A stretch of DNA of 36,124 nucleotides from a virus (lineage: Duplodnaviria > Caudoviricetes). The stretch is from positions 1-36,124 of the IMG/VR virus record IMGVR_UViG_3300027804_000127; one strand, 5' to 3'. The notes under the pieces were generated by a model that was not told where the DNA came from, made no database searches, and saw nothing but the letters and a program-made list of their open reading frames with translations. A program made the translations under genes and the position numbers. Below, one piece after another: positions 34,090 to 36,124 of this stretch; position 1 is the stretch's first letter; each line of letters begins with the position of its first letter.

Positions 34090-35385
34090 TTAACCAATAC
34101 CTAACAAGCCAAGCAAACCTTGTCTTGATGTGGATGTAGATGTTTGACCAGAACCACCACCAGGATTGATACCCAATGCTTGATTGAGAATTTGTTGTTG
34201 TTCCAAAGGAAGATTGCGGATTGCATCCAACTGTTGTTGAGTAAATCCTTGACGCAAAGCACCTTGATCTGCCAAAGCTTGATTTGCCGCAATACCAGAA
34301 CTTGTAAATGCAGTACCAGCATTTGCCATTTGATTGGCGGCAGCTATTGACTGTTGATTTGCAGTTAAACCAGCACCTTGATTAGCAAGACTTGCTTGTA
34401 ATGCACGATCTACATTAGATAGACCCGCTTGCTGATACAAGTTTGCTTGTTGAGCAGCACGAGCATTTTGAGCCGCTTGATTAGCCAAAGCAACTTGTTG
34501 AGCATTTTGCGTATTAAGAGTGCCAGTGGATAAGTCAATACCTTGATTAGCCAAAGCCGCACGTAAAGCCGCATCTTGATTAGCCAAACCAAACTGACCT
34601 GCAAGTTGTAAAGACTGTTGAGTAACGCCAATGTCTTTAGCTTGGTTAAGTTGAGAGGCTTGCATCGCACGAGCCAAATCAGCTTCAGAAAGTCTAGAGG
34701 CGGCATCAAATGCAGCCGCATTTTGTTGGGCAATCAACCTAGCAGCATTCTCGCCATAAGCACGATTAGTTTCTGCTTCTGCCACGCCCTGACGAGAACC
34801 GCCAAAAGCTCTAGCCGCAGTAGCTTGCGCAGCAGTACGTTGTTGTTCAAGTTGTCTAGAACGCTCTAAATCAGCCAAACTTACATCTGTTACTGCTTTT
34901 GTATAAGGATTTAGATAGTCTTGAATATTTTGATTCAAGAATGATCCTGCTGTTACATCACGAATATTACCTGCGGCTTTAGGAGCAATTGACCCTAATG
35001 CTTCTGTTGCAACCTGTGCGCCAGTAACACCTGCGGCATTCACATCACGAACACTTGTTCTTGCTAGTTGCGCTGCTTGCGCTAATGCGGCAGGATCAAC
35101 AACTGCGCCACCAAAAGTACCAGCAGTAACTGTTTGAGGCTTATATTGTGCTGCAGTGTTTGCCACGCCATAAGCACCTCTAAGCGCATTAAATCCTTCA
35201 CTACCAGGGCTTGCAAAACTGGCAATATTTCCCATTGCAGCATTTTGCTCTGGAGTAAATCCTGCAAATTGACGAGCCTGTAAACCACCTGCAGTAGTTT
35301 TTGCACTTCCGTAGTTTTCTAAAAATAGATCACGAAGTGCAGGATCTAACTGTTGCTGACTTGAGCTTCCACCACCTAGAGACAT
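34090..35385 (-). CDS. Ejection/pilot protein (P22 gp7-like position)
   Basis: Start MSLGGGSSSQ at 35385 (AAGGGG RBS); Ala/Gln-rich; AFGGSRQGVAEA motif; C-terminal GLLGLLGIG. Confidence 0.7.
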   Translation of the reverse strand: MSLGGGSSSQQQLDPALRDLFLENYGSAKTTAGGLQARQFAGFTPEQNAAMGNIASFASPGSEGFNALRGAYGVANTAAQYKPQTVTAGTFGGAVVDPAALAQAAQLARTSVRDVNAAGVTGAQVATEALGSIAPKAAGNIRDVTAGSFLNQNIQDYLNPYTKAVTDVSLADLERSRQLEQQRTAAQATAARAFGGSRQGVAEAETNRAYGENAARLIAQQNAAAFDAASRLSEADLARAMQASQLNQAKDIGVTQQSLQLAGQFGLANQDAALRAALANQGIDLSTGTLNTQNAQQVALANQAAQNARAAQQANLYQQAGLSNVDRALQASLANQGAGLTANQQSIAAANQMANAGTAFTSSGIAANQALADQGALRQGFTQQQLDAIRNLPLEQQQILNQALGINPGGGSGQTSTSTSRQGLLGLLGIG

Positions 35386-35386
35386 A

Positions 35387-35857
35387 TTATTCCCCTTGTA
35401 TCCATTTAATTGCATCATCATGTGAAGTAAAGTACCTCCACATTTCCGTACTAGTTTCCCTCATTGCTTCTTTTCCTCTAAGCAATAAGACTATCATTGG
35501 AGCTATTTGTAATGAAATAATACGCAATGTGAGCGCATAGGCTCTGTCGTTGGTATTACCATTTTCAAGTTCTACAGAGTCTTGCCAAGCATTTATACTC
35601 TGAATCACTAAAGGCATTAAAAAAGCCCTATTTTGATTAAAGAACTCATTTGTAGGTAGCGTCACCAAAGCGTTCCAAAAGACAGCATCTATCTCTTTAC
35701 GACTAGGCTCTTTATCTTTATCTACTAAGTCATCCCATAACTCAGCAATACTTGATAAAGCAACTAAAAAGTCTACAGCACTCTGGTTGCCACCAAACCA
35801 TTCTAACAGTTTGGCATTTCTTATTTCACGCCAATTCTCAGAATCATGTTCAATCAT
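35387..35857 (-). CDS. All-helical protein with DDxxD motif (isoprenoid synthase-like?)
   Basis: 156 aa; helix ending ELWDDLVDKD. The gene is solid; the function is inferred. Confidence 0.5.
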   Translation of the reverse strand: MIEHDSENWREIRNAKLLEWFGGNQSAVDFLVALSSIAELWDDLVDKDKEPSRKEIDAVFWNALVTLPTNEFFNQNRAFLMPLVIQSINAWQDSVELENGNTNDRAYALTLRIISLQIAPMIVLLLRGKEAMRETSTEMWRYFTSHDDAIKWIQGE

Positions 35858-35864
35858 AATATAT

Positions 35865-36124
35865 TTAACGCAAACTACCTAGTTTTCCATCAAATCTAAT
35901 GGTTCCAACTCGCCAATCAGATAGGGTATTTCCTTCTATCTTGACTGCAATTTGTCTACCGCTAATTCTCACAGAAGTGGGATTAACCATTGTGTATGGG
36001 CCATAACTATATTCTGTGCTTGTTGGATAGAATTTAGTGCTAAATCTAGCTTTAACATCGCCTAAATTCTTTTCATCAGGAACTAATCCTGTCAAACTCA
36101 TCGTTCTATCCCCATTGCCTATCT
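35865..36124 (-). CDS. 3' part of the tail nozzle gene that starts at 1346
   Basis: In frame through the terminal overlap; ends ...SVRISGRQIAVKIEG..SDWRVGTIRFDGKLGSLR. Confidence 0.75.
   Translation of the reverse strand, partial: IGNGDRTMSLTGLVPDEKNLGDVKARFSTKFYPTSTEYSYGPYTMVNPTSVRISGRQIAVKIEGNTLSDWRVGTIRFDGKLGSLR
35999..36124. repeat. Terminal direct repeat, copy 2
   Basis: Identical to 5-130. Confidence 0.95.

Noticed and set aside
35999-36124. Biological terminal repeat (T7-like DTR)
   Set aside because: It falls mid-gene and its length is close to a typical assembler k-mer, so it is better explained as a circular overlap.
1-36124. Alternative genetic code or tRNA genes
   Set aside because: Genes tile densely under the standard code with TAA, TGA and TAG all used as stops; I saw no cloverleaf with T-loop and CCA features (tRNAscan not run).

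Overview
This looks like the complete, circularly permuted genome (~36.0 kb) of a tailed dsDNA phage. Bases 5-130 are repeated exactly at 35999-36124, and one tail gene runs across the junction. Gene order is podovirus-like: terS, terL, small accessory proteins, portal, scaffold, major capsid, adaptor, fibre proteins, tail nozzle, three ejection proteins (one with an SLT transglycosylase domain), an extended membrane/lysis module, and phosphoesterase genes. There is also a lambdoid-style replication/recombination block (initiator, ERF, SSB-like, HNH, VRR-NUC, MazG). I see no integrase, CI repressor, DNA polymerase, helicase, tRNA, CRISPR array or reverse transcriptase. Spanins and a CTG-N10-CAG SOS box point to a beta/gamma-proteobacterial host (inference). 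The most unusual DNA is non-coding. A short plus-strand cassette of six tiny genes next to terS is bracketed by two stretches packed with apparent protein-binding sites: a ~14.5-bp-period GGGTAAACCCT array, a canonical LexA box, a Fur-type box, an IHF consensus, a sigma54 -24 element, and three AAGTGAGT..ACTT palindromes. This suggests a host-regulator landing pad or decoy array. Other leads are a HiPIP-like Cys protein in the head cluster, a DDxxD prenyltransferase-like protein before the ejection proteins, a nine-gene envelope module, a capsid-operon glycosyltransferase, and two structured intergenic RNAs. All calls come from motif recognition and synteny; no database search was run.
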